From Parcubacteria group bacterium Gr01-1014_31 (GTDB lineage: Bacteria > Patescibacteriota > Patescibacteriia > Buchananbacterales > GWA2-38-13), in the NCBI GenBank assembly GCA_007376135.1, contig VMFR01000001.1, positions 379,016 through 443,015 on the forward strand: a stretch of DNA of 64,000 nucleotides, read 5' to 3'. Below are positions 42,210 through 51,464 of the stretch, piece after piece (the first letter of the stretch is position 1; each line of letters begins with the position of its first letter). Under the pieces are notes generated by a model, which had not been told where the DNA came from, did not search any database, and was given only the letters and a program-made list of their open reading frames with translations. Position numbers and translations under genes: made by a program.

Positions 42210-43987
42210 AATGATGATGGCGTTGTGGTTACCTTCGGCTGCCCCTCCCCCGCCGGATTAAGAAACAGTTCGTAGACCTTGAACGCGGGTTGACCGTCCG
42301 CTGCGACAATCTCCGTGACTCTCCCCGGCGCTCCCCCGTCAAGCATTCGCTGCAGACCGGCTCCGATCTTTTTGCTTGCCAACTGCTCCCCCTCCTGGGC
42401 GGCCCACGGGTCGTAGACGCGGGGGTTGTTGCCGATCACCACGTAGGCGGTGCGAATGCCGGCCCGCGCCAGCCGCGGCAGCCAATCCTCCCCGAGACCG
42501 ACGACCACGTCGGTCGGCAGCAACAGCGCATCAACATCGTGGTACACGCGGTAACGCCGCAGATACCAAAAGGCCGAAAACCACGTCAGCCCGTCGTCGT
42601 ACAGCAGGACGTCCTCGCCGGCCGTGAGATGAATATTCTGCCACTCTTCGTAGGTGGCAAACGACCGCACGGCGGGCCGGTAGGTCGGGCTTTGCGCCAA
42701 TTTTGGCAGCAGGTAAGCGACCAATTCCTGAAAACCCAAGCGCTCCTGGCGGTAGGCGGCAAAATGGCGGCCGCGGGTACCGTAGGCTGCCAGGACGAGA
42801 TTGGTATTCCAATTAAACAGGAGTTCGACTCCGGCGGCAACTGCCGCCAAGACAATGATGGCAAGGGCCGCGTTCTTTCTTGACCCGCTGTTCCAGCGCG
42901 CGATCGCGGCAAGCGCCGCTGCGGAAGGCAGCACCAGCCATGGCACCAGAATGGGCAGATAGCGCAAACTGGGCGCCGTCAGCGCGAAGAACGCGGTTGC
43001 TGAAACCAGGGTGAAGAGCGGCAGCAGGTCGCGATTGCGGCGGCTGCCGCGCACCACGCTCCAGGCCGAGAACGCAAGCCCGGCGGCCAGCAGCAGGACG
43101 AACGGCGGCGAGAAAGCTTTGCTAAGGCTCAACCCCAGGTCGCGCAAATTCACGGCGATATTTCTCGTCCGCGGCCCGTCGAACAAGAGCGGCCAATCGC
43201 GGCTGGCCGCTTCCAACGACGAAGGCACCAAGGTCGTGAGCTGCACGTCCAGGTGGCCGCGGGCAAGCCACATCTGCCAGTTGTAGGTGACTACGGGCGA
43301 CAACAGCGCCACAACCACCCCCAAGGAAAGCCAGAACCGACGGTCAGAGAGCCACGCGCGGTGCCGCAGCAGCAGCAACGCGCCAAAGACGGGGATGAGG
43401 ATGAGCGCGCTGTACTTGGAAAGAATGGCCAGCGCCAGTCCCGCTCCCCAGACCGGGAGGAATCGCGAATCGCTTTCTGCTTTCAGCCACAGCCAGACGG
43501 CCAACAAAATGAACGCCTGCGTAACGCCCTCGAGGTAGCCGATACGGCTGGACCAGGTGAAGAACGTGGACACGGAAAGCAACGCGGCGGCAAGCAGCCC
43601 CATGGCCGGTCCGCCGCAGCGCCGGCCAATGCCATAAATGAGCAGCACCGACCATACGCCAGCGAGGGCGAACGGCAGCAGCGCGACCACATCGCTCTCG
43701 CCCAACAGCCGGAAGAACGCGTGCTGGATGAGAAAGACCAGCGGCGGGTGGTCGTGCATGGAAAACTTGGTCCACAACGGCGGTGCGATGGGTGCAAACC
43801 ACTGCAGCGGCGTGGTCTGGCGCGCCGAATCCAAGAAATCAAAGTACCCGAGCGCGCGCAGCGCGTAGTGGCCGGCATCCGTCTGCACGTCGGCGCGGTT
43901 CAACCGAAAAAAAATCAGCCCGCCGGCGATTACCGCGATTACCAACAGCACGAGGTGTTCCCGCCGTATGCGGAACGTTGATTTCAT
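42206..43987 (-). CDS. GT-C fold membrane glycosyltransferase (ArnT/PMT-like)
   Basis: TDAGHYA, HDHPPL, SRIGYLE, LSKYS; multi-TM. Confidence 0.8.
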   Translation of the reverse strand: MKSTFRIRREHLVLLVIAVIAGGLIFFRLNRADVQTDAGHYALRALGYFDFLDSARQTTPLQWFAPIAPPLWTKFSMHDHPPLVFLIQHAFFRLLGESDVVALLPFALAGVWSVLLIYGIGRRCGGPAMGLLAAALLSVSTFFTWSSRIGYLEGVTQAFILLAVWLWLKAESDSRFLPVWGAGLALAILSKYSALILIPVFGALLLLRHRAWLSDRRFWLSLGVVVALLSPVVTYNWQMWLARGHLDVQLTTLVPSSLEAASRDWPLLFDGPRTRNIAVNLRDLGLSLSKAFSPPFVLLLAAGLAFSAWSVVRGSRRNRDLLPLFTLVSATAFFALTAPSLRYLPILVPWLVLPSAAALAAIARWNSGSRKNAALAIIVLAAVAAGVELLFNWNTNLVLAAYGTRGRHFAAYRQERLGFQELVAYLLPKLAQSPTYRPAVRSFATYEEWQNIHLTAGEDVLLYDDGLTWFSAFWYLRRYRVYHDVDALLLPTDVVVGLGEDWLPRLARAGIRTAYVVIGNNPRVYDPWAAQEGEQLASKKIGAGLQRMLDGGAPGRVTEIVAADGQPAFKVYELFLNPAGEGQPKVTTTPSSL

Positions 43988-44035
43988 GAACGTATCCTAG
44001 CGAAAAAAACGGTCTGCGGCAAGGGACAATCCCGG

Positions 44036-44077
44036 TAAAAAACATTCCCCCGGGGGCGTATGCCCCCGGGGGAAATG
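44036..44077 (-). terminator. Strong terminator after the surface-layer gene
   Basis: cattcccccgggggc-gtat-gcccccgggggaaatg long GC stem with U tract on minus strand. Confidence 0.75.
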
Positions 44078-44117
44078 TGCTCCGCGAACGGTCCGACCGT
44101 TCAGCTAGTCCCTACGA

Positions 44118-47100
44118 TTAGGGGTAGTTGAAGGTGGCGTCCGTCGAGGTGGCGTTCAAACGCGAGGTCGCGCTGGCGCCACTCTTGACGCGGTAACCGT
44201 TGAACCATTGCTCGGAAGTGGTCGCCGTGCCCGAGGCAACGCCGACTGCCCCCATGATGGAGGCATCACTCCAGATGAAGTGGTTCTTGTTGTCCTGGTT
44301 ACCGGTGTAGAGCAGCAATGCGCTGTCCGGGTAGGTGGACGTCGCGTTGGACGCGCCGCCCGGGAAAGCCGCATCGCCGAGGAACGACAGTTCCAACACA
44401 CCGAAGCCGCTGGTCCCACCGCAACCGCCATCAGCCCAGCAGGCCAAGTCACCCTTGAGGGTGAAGACCTTGGACTGACCGGCGATGACGCGGTAGGGAG
44501 AAACGGTCAGGTTGCCCGCCGCCGGCGCATTGCCGTCGGAGGTGAACCACAGCAGGAACACATCGTCCCGGCGGGAGTTCGTGACCGTCATGGTCTGCGC
44601 AGCGGTCGTCGTCGCGGCGATCTGCTGCGAACCATCCACGTAGATCTTCGGATTGGTCAACGTCGCGCGCTGCTGCGAGACCAGGAAGCCGACCTGGAAC
44701 AGGTAGACGTCACCGGCCGAGTCAGCCGCCACGCGGAACTTGTACAGGTCCTTGTTGGACCCGGACGTCAGCTTGCCCGGCACCAGTTTGTCGGAGCCGA
44801 GGTCGCCGTTGACCGTGACGGTCGGGACAGTGTGCATCACCGCCCAGTCGTTCAGGGTCGCACCACTCAAGGTGATCGCGGACGCAGCCAGCGTGGTGCC
44901 CGACTGGGCGCCTTTGGCCGTAACGTCCAAGGCGGCGTTGACCGTGAGCGTGAAGCCCTGGCCCGGGTCGCCGGTGGACGCCTGCGGATACCGCGTCACA
45001 GCGTTGGTGTCGATCTTGACCAAGATGTCCTTGGCCGCCGACGTCGTGACCATGATCGGGTTGGAGGTCACGTCGATGAGGACGGTGACGCGGCCCGAGA
45101 CGTTGGTCGTGGTCGGTTGCACGCCGCCCTCCGGGGTCAATCGGGTGCCACCATCGTACAGGTGGATGGCCCGGATCTGGTTGAAGGCGCTCTTGGTATT
45201 GCCCGTCGTGAGGTTGCGGGTCGAGGTGGCAGAAAGGTAGATCTTTTCCACCTTAATGGTCTCGCGCACCGACGTCATGCGGAAGATACCGGCCTCCAGA
45301 CCGGAGGTGTTGGCCGGCATCAGGCCAGCCTGGTAGTTCTGCGTCAACGCGGCAATCGTCAGGGTGCCGCCCGACTGCAGGGTCATGGTCTGACCGTCAC
45401 CCACGCTCAGCGTCACGGTCGCCGACTGGCCCGAGTCCTTGCCCGTGGCCGAGAACTGGCTGCCGGTCGCGTGCGGGGTAGGCAAACCAACGCGGATGCT
45501 GCCGGAGGTTGCCGCCGAGCTGACGTTGGCAATGACCTTGATGGTCTTGACCGTGCCCTTCGTCAGGATGAGCGGGTTGACGAACACGAACGTGGTCGTC
45601 GCGCCGCCAGCGGTTGCGCCGGTCGGGTCCGGGCTGGACGAGGTCTGCAGCGTAGTGGAGCCGTCCATGATGCGCCAGTTGGTGAAACCGTTGGGCGCCT
45701 GCGTCACGGTGAACAGCTCGGACTTCATCTGCGTGACCTTGATGTCCTCGCCGGAATCCGCGGCATCAAGCCGGAATTCGGCAAAGACCCAGTCCTGCGA
45801 ACCGCCAACGACGTTCTGCGCCACCGGCGTGTTGGAGACGGATACCGCCATCGCCGCGGTCTTCACCGTGTAGATGGCAGAGGTCTGCACGCCTGCCGGC
45901 GTCTTGTCGGCGGCCACCAGCGTTTCCCCCGTGTCCTGACCCTTGACGGTCATGGCGGTCGGGTGAATGCGCGCGCGGATCGTGTCATTCGCGCCGAAGT
46001 CTGCGTTCAGATCACCCTTAACGGTGATCGTGTGCACGCCCGGCGGCAGAATGAAGTTATCCGTGATGGTGGCAGTACCATATTCATCGGTCGCGGTATC
46101 CTCACCGATGTGGTCGGACGTCGGATCCACCGGACCACCGAGGACTTTGCCGGCGGAGTCCACCAGCTTGACCGAGGTGATGTCGCTGATCCGGGCGCCG
46201 GCCGTGGAGGTAGCCAGACGGAACTGGATACCGACCGACTCGAACGACAGCGATTCACCACGCACGTCAAAGTCGAACTTACCCAAGGTCACCTCTTTGG
46301 TGTCCTCGGCAATGTTCGAGTTGGTTGTGCCCGCAGTGGAACTCACCGCAACCGTCCCGCGGCTGATGGTGATGGTCGCCCCCTGGTTGTGGTAGGGCTC
46401 GCTGCTGTTGTTGAACGTCGGCGTCGGAGAGAACCCGAAGGTCTTGCCGATCGCAATGACGTCGTCCTGCTTCTTGATGTCCCAGCGAATCGTGCGGGCC
46501 GAACCGCTGACGATGTCGCCGCGCAGGTTGACCTGCTTGGACTTGCCCTTGGTCAGGACGATGGGGTTGGCGCGCAGGTCGAACGCGGCATCCTTGCTGG
46601 TTGCCTTGGCGACCGTCGCCACCACTACGCCGTCAATGACCAGATCGAGGTTGGTGACATCGCTGTCACCGGCCGTGCCGCCCTGGTTAAAGACGATGCG
46701 GGTCACATTGACGTCTTCGGCCGAACCGGCGGTTACCCGCAGGCCGGTGAAGATGAAGTCGGTGGTGCCGATCTTCTGCGTCGAATTGGACGGATTGTCC
46801 GAACCCGTCGTGACCGTCAGCGAACCGATGACCACGGTGTTATTCAACGTCTGGTAGTTGCCAAACAGCGGCAAGCCCGCACCGACCTGCACCGTGGAGC
46901 CCTTCATGACGATGGACCTGATGCCCAAGGTCGGGACTTCACCGGCGTAGTTGGTGAGCGCTGCCGCCATGTTGCCGGCAATGATGATCCGGCGGGTCGT
47001 ACCAGCCTTGACCACGATGTCTTCGTTGAAGACCGCCTGGTGGTCAGTGTTGAGGGTCTTGGAGGTGTTGGACAAGCGTGAGTCCGTGTCGGCATCCCAC

Positions 47101-47927
47101 AAAAGGATACCGGCGAACGCGCCGTCCTGGGCCGCGCCGCCGCCGCGCTCCACGACCACCTGATCGATGGTGGCATCACCGTCCGAAGAGGCGGTGAAGT
47201 TCACGATGGTGAACGGGACGCGGATGGCGTTCTGGACCACGATGCCCGAGGCCGGCGTATCCGACGCCAGGGCCAGGGTCAGCGTGGAGCCGACCGGACC
47301 GGTCGGAACGGTGACCGTGCCAGACAGACCCTTATCCGTGCTGATGTCCGGGGACGAAGCCTGCTGTGCCACCCGGTCGAACTCCGAAGCGGAATTGACC
47401 TTCTTGGGGGTCACTCCGTCGGTCTCGACGGCGACGCTGTAGTTGGCGAAGAACGCATCCGGCAGGTCGTTGATCTCCTTGTTCCACATGCTGCCGTACA
47501 GCGCGGTCGCAACGGCTTCCGTGGCGACATGCCACAGGACGCCGCCCTTGGCGACGACGTAGACGCGCGGGTCGGTCGTCACCTTCAACATCTTCGTGCC
47601 GGGCCGGTAGTTGACGTTCCCGCCGATCAAGTAGGATTCCAATTCGGTCTTGGCGATCTCCTTGACGGTCGAGAAGTTGGCGTACCAGGTTTTGTACGTT
47701 TTTTCATCCGGGAAAACGTAACGCTTCCCATTGCTCGCCAGGTAGTAGACCGAACGGCAAGGATCGGTCGGACCGGCAACGCCGACGCACTTGAGTTTGA
47801 TCAAGTCGCCTGGCATTGCCGCGCCCAAGGCGATGGAAACGCCCATCACCCCTACCGACCATGCGATGGTCGTACCGGCTACGGTGTAGGTAAGCGCACG
47901 CTTTACCCGCTTGGTAAAGTTGCTCAT
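44118..47927 (-). CDS. Large exported S-layer-like surface protein (1269 aa)
   Basis: Signal peptide; N-terminal GDLIK..VYYLASNGKRYVFPDEKTYKTWY domain that I recognise from CPR surface proteins; T/S/G-rich beta-repeat body; strong C/G third-position codon bias. Confidence 0.85.
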   Translation of the reverse strand: MSNFTKRVKRALTYTVAGTTIAWSVGVMGVSIALGAAMPGDLIKLKCVGVAGPTDPCRSVYYLASNGKRYVFPDEKTYKTWYANFSTVKEIAKTELESYLIGGNVNYRPGTKMLKVTTDPRVYVVAKGGVLWHVATEAVATALYGSMWNKEINDLPDAFFANYSVAVETDGVTPKKVNSASEFDRVAQQASSPDISTDKGLSGTVTVPTGPVGSTLTLALASDTPASGIVVQNAIRVPFTIVNFTASSDGDATIDQVVVERGGGAAQDGAFAGILLWDADTDSRLSNTSKTLNTDHQAVFNEDIVVKAGTTRRIIIAGNMAAALTNYAGEVPTLGIRSIVMKGSTVQVGAGLPLFGNYQTLNNTVVIGSLTVTTGSDNPSNSTQKIGTTDFIFTGLRVTAGSAEDVNVTRIVFNQGGTAGDSDVTNLDLVIDGVVVATVAKATSKDAAFDLRANPIVLTKGKSKQVNLRGDIVSGSARTIRWDIKKQDDVIAIGKTFGFSPTPTFNNSSEPYHNQGATITISRGTVAVSSTAGTTNSNIAEDTKEVTLGKFDFDVRGESLSFESVGIQFRLATSTAGARISDITSVKLVDSAGKVLGGPVDPTSDHIGEDTATDEYGTATITDNFILPPGVHTITVKGDLNADFGANDTIRARIHPTAMTVKGQDTGETLVAADKTPAGVQTSAIYTVKTAAMAVSVSNTPVAQNVVGGSQDWVFAEFRLDAADSGEDIKVTQMKSELFTVTQAPNGFTNWRIMDGSTTLQTSSSPDPTGATAGGATTTFVFVNPLILTKGTVKTIKVIANVSSAATSGSIRVGLPTPHATGSQFSATGKDSGQSATVTLSVGDGQTMTLQSGGTLTIAALTQNYQAGLMPANTSGLEAGIFRMTSVRETIKVEKIYLSATSTRNLTTGNTKSAFNQIRAIHLYDGGTRLTPEGGVQPTTTNVSGRVTVLIDVTSNPIMVTTSAAKDILVKIDTNAVTRYPQASTGDPGQGFTLTVNAALDVTAKGAQSGTTLAASAITLSGATLNDWAVMHTVPTVTVNGDLGSDKLVPGKLTSGSNKDLYKFRVAADSAGDVYLFQVGFLVSQQRATLTNPKIYVDGSQQIAATTTAAQTMTVTNSRRDDVFLLWFTSDGNAPAAGNLTVSPYRVIAGQSKVFTLKGDLACWADGGCGGTSGFGVLELSFLGDAAFPGGASNATSTYPDSALLLYTGNQDNKNHFIWSDASIMGAVGVASGTATTSEQWFNGYRVKSGASATSRLNATSTDATFNYP

Positions 47928-48227
47928 TACAATGATTATTGGTTACGTTCCTCCGCCGCACGGAAGTGGACCGACAACCGATTTGGAATACTGCCGGGCG
48001 CTGCCGTCCTCCGGGGGTTAAACCGGAATCGACCTTTGACGGTACGCCGGACAGCTCGGCTGCTGCCCTGCATCCCACGCAACGGATGAACTGTTAAAAC
48101 AACGACCGGGTTGCCAACGCCTGCAGTCCCCTTTCAGGCCGCCGGCGCCGATATCGTTCGTGCTCGCCCCAAATAGCGACACGATGACCAGAAAAAACCG
48201 ACGGCTTTCGCAAGCTGTCGTGTCGCC

Positions 48228-48236
48228 ATTGTACCA
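48228..48236 (-). promoter_or_regulatory. Extended -10 promoter for surface protein gene (about 295-nt leader)
   Basis: minus strand TGGTACAAT; DnaA box TTATCCACA at 48268-48276 upstream. Confidence 0.5.
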
Positions 48237-48290
48237 GGAGAATTAACATTCATAAAACAAACCCTCTTGTGGATAATGGAATATCTCGGC

Positions 48291-49343
48291 TTACGGCAGC
48301 AGCCCCTGGGTCGTCTCACCGGCCAGGTTGTTATCACCGGCGGTCGGCACCGTTTCCGCGGTTGTGGAAGACGTGCCGCCATCGGTTGCCGCCTCCGGGG
48401 CCGCCGCGGGCTTGGCGGGCTCCAACTGCTGGCGCACGCTGTTGATGATACCAAGTGCTTCCGTGAAATTCCCGGCGGCAAGAGCTGCCTGGGCGGTGTC
48501 CAGCGCGTGGGCAAGCGTTGGCGCTGCCACCGCAACGGTGGTCGTCGCAACAGGATCAACTTGCGGTAGTTGCGCGCGCAGACGCTCCACTTTTTCGTTC
48601 AAATAGCGGCGCACGTCATCGGTCGGCAACTCCTGGCTGCTGCTGGCCGTGGCGCTGATGGCCGCCTCCAGGGTGCTGAAACTCGTTTGTTCCGCTGCCA
48701 TTAACGCTTCGTGGACGACCTGGTTCACCTCGTCGCCGCTGCCGCCGTCATTTTGCAGCTGCTGGGCAAGCTCAGTGCCGGCCTGCTCCACGGATACGGC
48801 CATCTTGAACGCGGCGCGCTGGTCGGCCGGCAAGCGCTGCAAGTCCTTCCGCATGGACGCAACCTCCTCGGCAAACCGCGTCACTACGCGGGAAACTTCT
48901 TTGGGCGTACTGCGACGATCGGCCTGGCGGGAGACCAGGTGGCCAAGTTCTTTGACGCGGTTACGCGCGAATTCCAGCTTCAATTCCGCCTTGCGGGTGG
49001 TGTCGCTGACCATCGCCAGCTGGGTGCGCTCGAACGCCAATTTCATCCGGTAGAGCGGCTCGCCCGGCAGGCTATAGAAGGCCGCATTGACCATCAGGCT
49101 ACTGACCATGACCGCGCCCAGCACCGCCACGAAGCTGACCACCGGCTGGCGGACGAACTGGGTAACGGACTGCCAGAACCGCGTCGTCACGCTCCAGGTT
49201 GCGGCTGGCAGCACCACCGGCATTACCTCGCCCTGACGCCGGACTTCCGCCAACAGCAGATCGTGGGTAGCCGAAACCCAGTCGGCCCGAGGGGCGACTT
49301 TTTGCAGCTGACGCAGGGAATCGATGACGTTACGACGGTTCAT
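48291..49343 (-). CDS. Putative anti-sigma factor (DUF5667-containing)
   Basis: Single TM, then SLPGEPLYRMKLAFER and helical domain; overlaps ECF sigma stop. Confidence 0.78.
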   Translation of the reverse strand: MNRRNVIDSLRQLQKVAPRADWVSATHDLLLAEVRRQGEVMPVVLPAATWSVTTRFWQSVTQFVRQPVVSFVAVLGAVMVSSLMVNAAFYSLPGEPLYRMKLAFERTQLAMVSDTTRKAELKLEFARNRVKELGHLVSRQADRRSTPKEVSRVVTRFAEEVASMRKDLQRLPADQRAAFKMAVSVEQAGTELAQQLQNDGGSGDEVNQVVHEALMAAEQTSFSTLEAAISATASSSQELPTDDVRRYLNEKVERLRAQLPQVDPVATTTVAVAAPTLAHALDTAQAALAAGNFTEALGIINSVRQQLEPAKPAAAPEAATDGGTSSTTAETVPTAGDNNLAGETTQGLLP

Positions 49344-49914
49344 GGGTGGATGGGGTCGTAGTTGCGGGATCGTTGAACTGCGTGCGAATTATTTGGAGGG
49401 CTCGGAAGAGGATGACTCGGACCGCCCCTTTTGATTTACCGACGATATCGGCAATCTCACCGATGGAGAGTTCTTCCACGTACCGCAGCAGCACGACATC
49501 CTTGTACTCGTCCTTGAGCTGCCGAACGGCGTTGGCAATGTCGACCAGTTCCACCGAGCGTTCGATCTGCTGGAACAGACGCTGCTGATGGTGGTCGACC
49601 GCATCCAGCAGAACGTCGGTGTCCAGGCTGACATCCTGGCTGGCGCGCTGCCGGTAATGGTCGATGACCAGGTTCCTCGCGATCTGGTACAGCAGCGCCC
49701 CAATACTCTGAACGCTGCGTTGCTGCTGGTACAGGTATTGCCACGCGCGCAGGAAAACGTCCGCGCTCAGGTCTTCCGCCTCTTCATGGGTTCTCACCTT
49801 GAAGAGGATGAAGCGGTAGATCCTTGCAATGTACTCGTTGTAGAGCTCACTGAAAGCGGCACTGTCGCCGGAGGCGATCCTGTGCGCCAGGTGATGCTGC
49901 TGAATCTTGTTCAT
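49330..49914 (-). CDS. ECF RNA polymerase sigma factor
   Basis: EAEDLSADVFLRAW, LYQIARNLVIDHYR, LRYVEELSIGEIA..GAVRV. Confidence 0.93.
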   Translation of the reverse strand: MNKIQQHHLAHRIASGDSAAFSELYNEYIARIYRFILFKVRTHEEAEDLSADVFLRAWQYLYQQQRSVQSIGALLYQIARNLVIDHYRQRASQDVSLDTDVLLDAVDHHQQRLFQQIERSVELVDIANAVRQLKDEYKDVVLLRYVEELSIGEIADIVGKSKGAVRVILFRALQIIRTQFNDPATTTPSTHEPS

Positions 49915-49921
49915 CTAAACA

Positions 49922-49947
49922 GACGTAACCAGCGAAAAAACGTTACA
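49922..49947 (-). promoter_or_regulatory. ECF-type autoregulatory promoter
   Basis: TGTAAC-N16-CGTC ending 7 nt before the sigma ATG. Confidence 0.65.
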
Positions 49948-50073
49948 CGCGGTAGGGGTAACAATACTTATTTTTATTGATTTTGTCAAAAGGGGACTTA
50001 ACAAGGCCAATTTTCAATGAACGGATCCACAAAATCGATGAATCATAGTACTGAAACTGGACAAGATAGTAAC

Positions 50074-50101
50074 TATATGTCTACAATATTCTAGACATAT
50101 A
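50074..50101. promoter_or_regulatory. Palindromic operator overlapping the -10 of the HTH gene
   Basis: tatatgtcta-N8-tagacatata; promoter TGGACA-N18-TACAAT. Confidence 0.6.
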
Positions 50102-50109
50102 CAGTGGAT

Positions 50110-50391
50110 ATGGCAGATGAAATACTAAGGGTTTCTATCTCTGAAGCGGCAAAATTCTTTGGCATTGACCAACGAACGATTCGGCGCGCGATCAAATCCG
50201 GCGAACTTTCGTATGTCATCGTGCGCGGCCGCTATCGCATTACCTTCAAGAGCCTGCTGCAGTGGTCGCAGGGAAAGCCGGCCGTGCGCAACAAGCTGAC
50301 CTCCCGCGGCGTGGGGCAATTCGTTGACCGCTGGAAGATAACCAACACGCACTTCAGCCCCAACCCGGCGCTGCTCAAACCGCGCCAATAA
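50110..50391 (+). CDS. Excisionase-family (HTH_17-like) DNA-binding protein
   Basis: SISEAAKFFGIDQRTIRRAIKSGEL...RGRYRI. Confidence 0.82.
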   Translation: MADEILRVSISEAAKFFGIDQRTIRRAIKSGELSYVIVRGRYRITFKSLLQWSQGKPAVRNKLTSRGVGQFVDRWKITNTHFSPNPALLKPRQ

Positions 50392-50394
50392 CCG

Positions 50395-50431
50395 AACAAA
50401 AAAAACCGGCCTACCGCCGGTTTTTTTCGTT
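50395..50431. terminator. Bidirectional intrinsic terminator
   Basis: A8-ccggc-ctacc-gccgg-T7 between convergent genes. Confidence 0.8.
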
Positions 50432-50441
50432 GCCGAAAATG

Positions 50442-51458
50442 TTATTGGGTGAGCGCGGGAAAACGAATGATCATCTCCACGCAGGAGATCGCAACGTCGC
50501 ACTTGGCCGTCAACAGCACCACGGCAAGCGATGCGACGCTGATGACCACGTACCGCAGCACGACCCGACGGTCCAGGCTGCCCAGCAGCTGGTTGCGGCT
50601 GCACCCTGACGCCACGTACCATCCGGCGGTCAGCACGAGTGAGCCGACATACACGCTGGTGGGCAGGAAACTGACGGCCCACAGCAGCTCCATGGTCAAG
50701 AGCGGCATGACGACCAGGTATGGCCAGCCACGCTCCATCGCTATCCCCAGCGCCCACAGCCCCTGGTACGTCAAGAGCAGCGCAATGCCGGCCAACAGCA
50801 GCGCTGCCAGCCACAGGGGGAACGAAAAAAATACCATCAGCCAGAGCAGTCCGGCGGCGTAGAGAAAGTACGTCACCATCGAAAGGTAGCTGGCGATGTT
50901 CACGGGCGCATAGTCCTGATGTTTCTCGGGCTCATGGAATGCGAGGTACAGGTCCTCCAGCGCAACGAACAGCAACAGGGCGAACACCCCCGCCACCAAA
51001 CGGCGGAACCAATACCCTTCCAGTGCCAACAACAGCAGCACTTCCCCCGCCGCCAGGTACACGGGAGTGAGCGTCTGCGGCAGCAAAGTGATGCGGCGCG
51101 CCGCAAAGACAACCAGCGTCCCCGCGGATATCAGAACGACTGCCGTGACCACCCATGGCAGCTGCGTCACGCTGGTGTCGCCTTCCGCCTCCGTCACCGT
51201 CAGTACCTGCTGGAATCCGAGCAGCGGCGTACTGATGACCAGCAGCACGCCACCCAACAGTAAGCCGGCGCTGGTCAGCGGCCGCGCGGCCAGGCGGGTG
51301 AGGCCCGGCCGCACCAGCATCACCGTCACTCCCGACACCAGCAACCCAACGACAGTAACCACCCACGGCAGGCTATCGGGCACCGCGAACAGATGCCCCA
51401 TCAGCACCAGCACGGCCAATGGCGTCAAAAGCGTCGCAAAATGGACCAGCTTGCGCAT
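50442..51458 (-). CDS. Multi-pass membrane protein of unknown function
   Basis: About 10-11 hydrophobic segments; ELLWAVSFLP motif; N-terminal internal duplication. Confidence 0.75.
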   Translation of the reverse strand: MRKLVHFATLLTPLAVLVLMGHLFAVPDSLPWVVTVVGLLVSGVTVMLVRPGLTRLAARPLTSAGLLLGGVLLVISTPLLGFQQVLTVTEAEGDTSVTQLPWVVTAVVLISAGTLVVFAARRITLLPQTLTPVYLAAGEVLLLLALEGYWFRRLVAGVFALLLFVALEDLYLAFHEPEKHQDYAPVNIASYLSMVTYFLYAAGLLWLMVFFSFPLWLAALLLAGIALLLTYQGLWALGIAMERGWPYLVVMPLLTMELLWAVSFLPTSVYVGSLVLTAGWYVASGCSRNQLLGSLDRRVVLRYVVISVASLAVVLLTAKCDVAISCVEMIIRFPALTQ

Positions 51459-51464
51459 AGCAGG

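Noticed and set aside
44208-47081. 957-aa plus-strand ORF antisense to the surface protein
   Set aside because: Shadow ORF from strong codon bias of the real minus-strand gene; R/G/V/D-rich with no motifs
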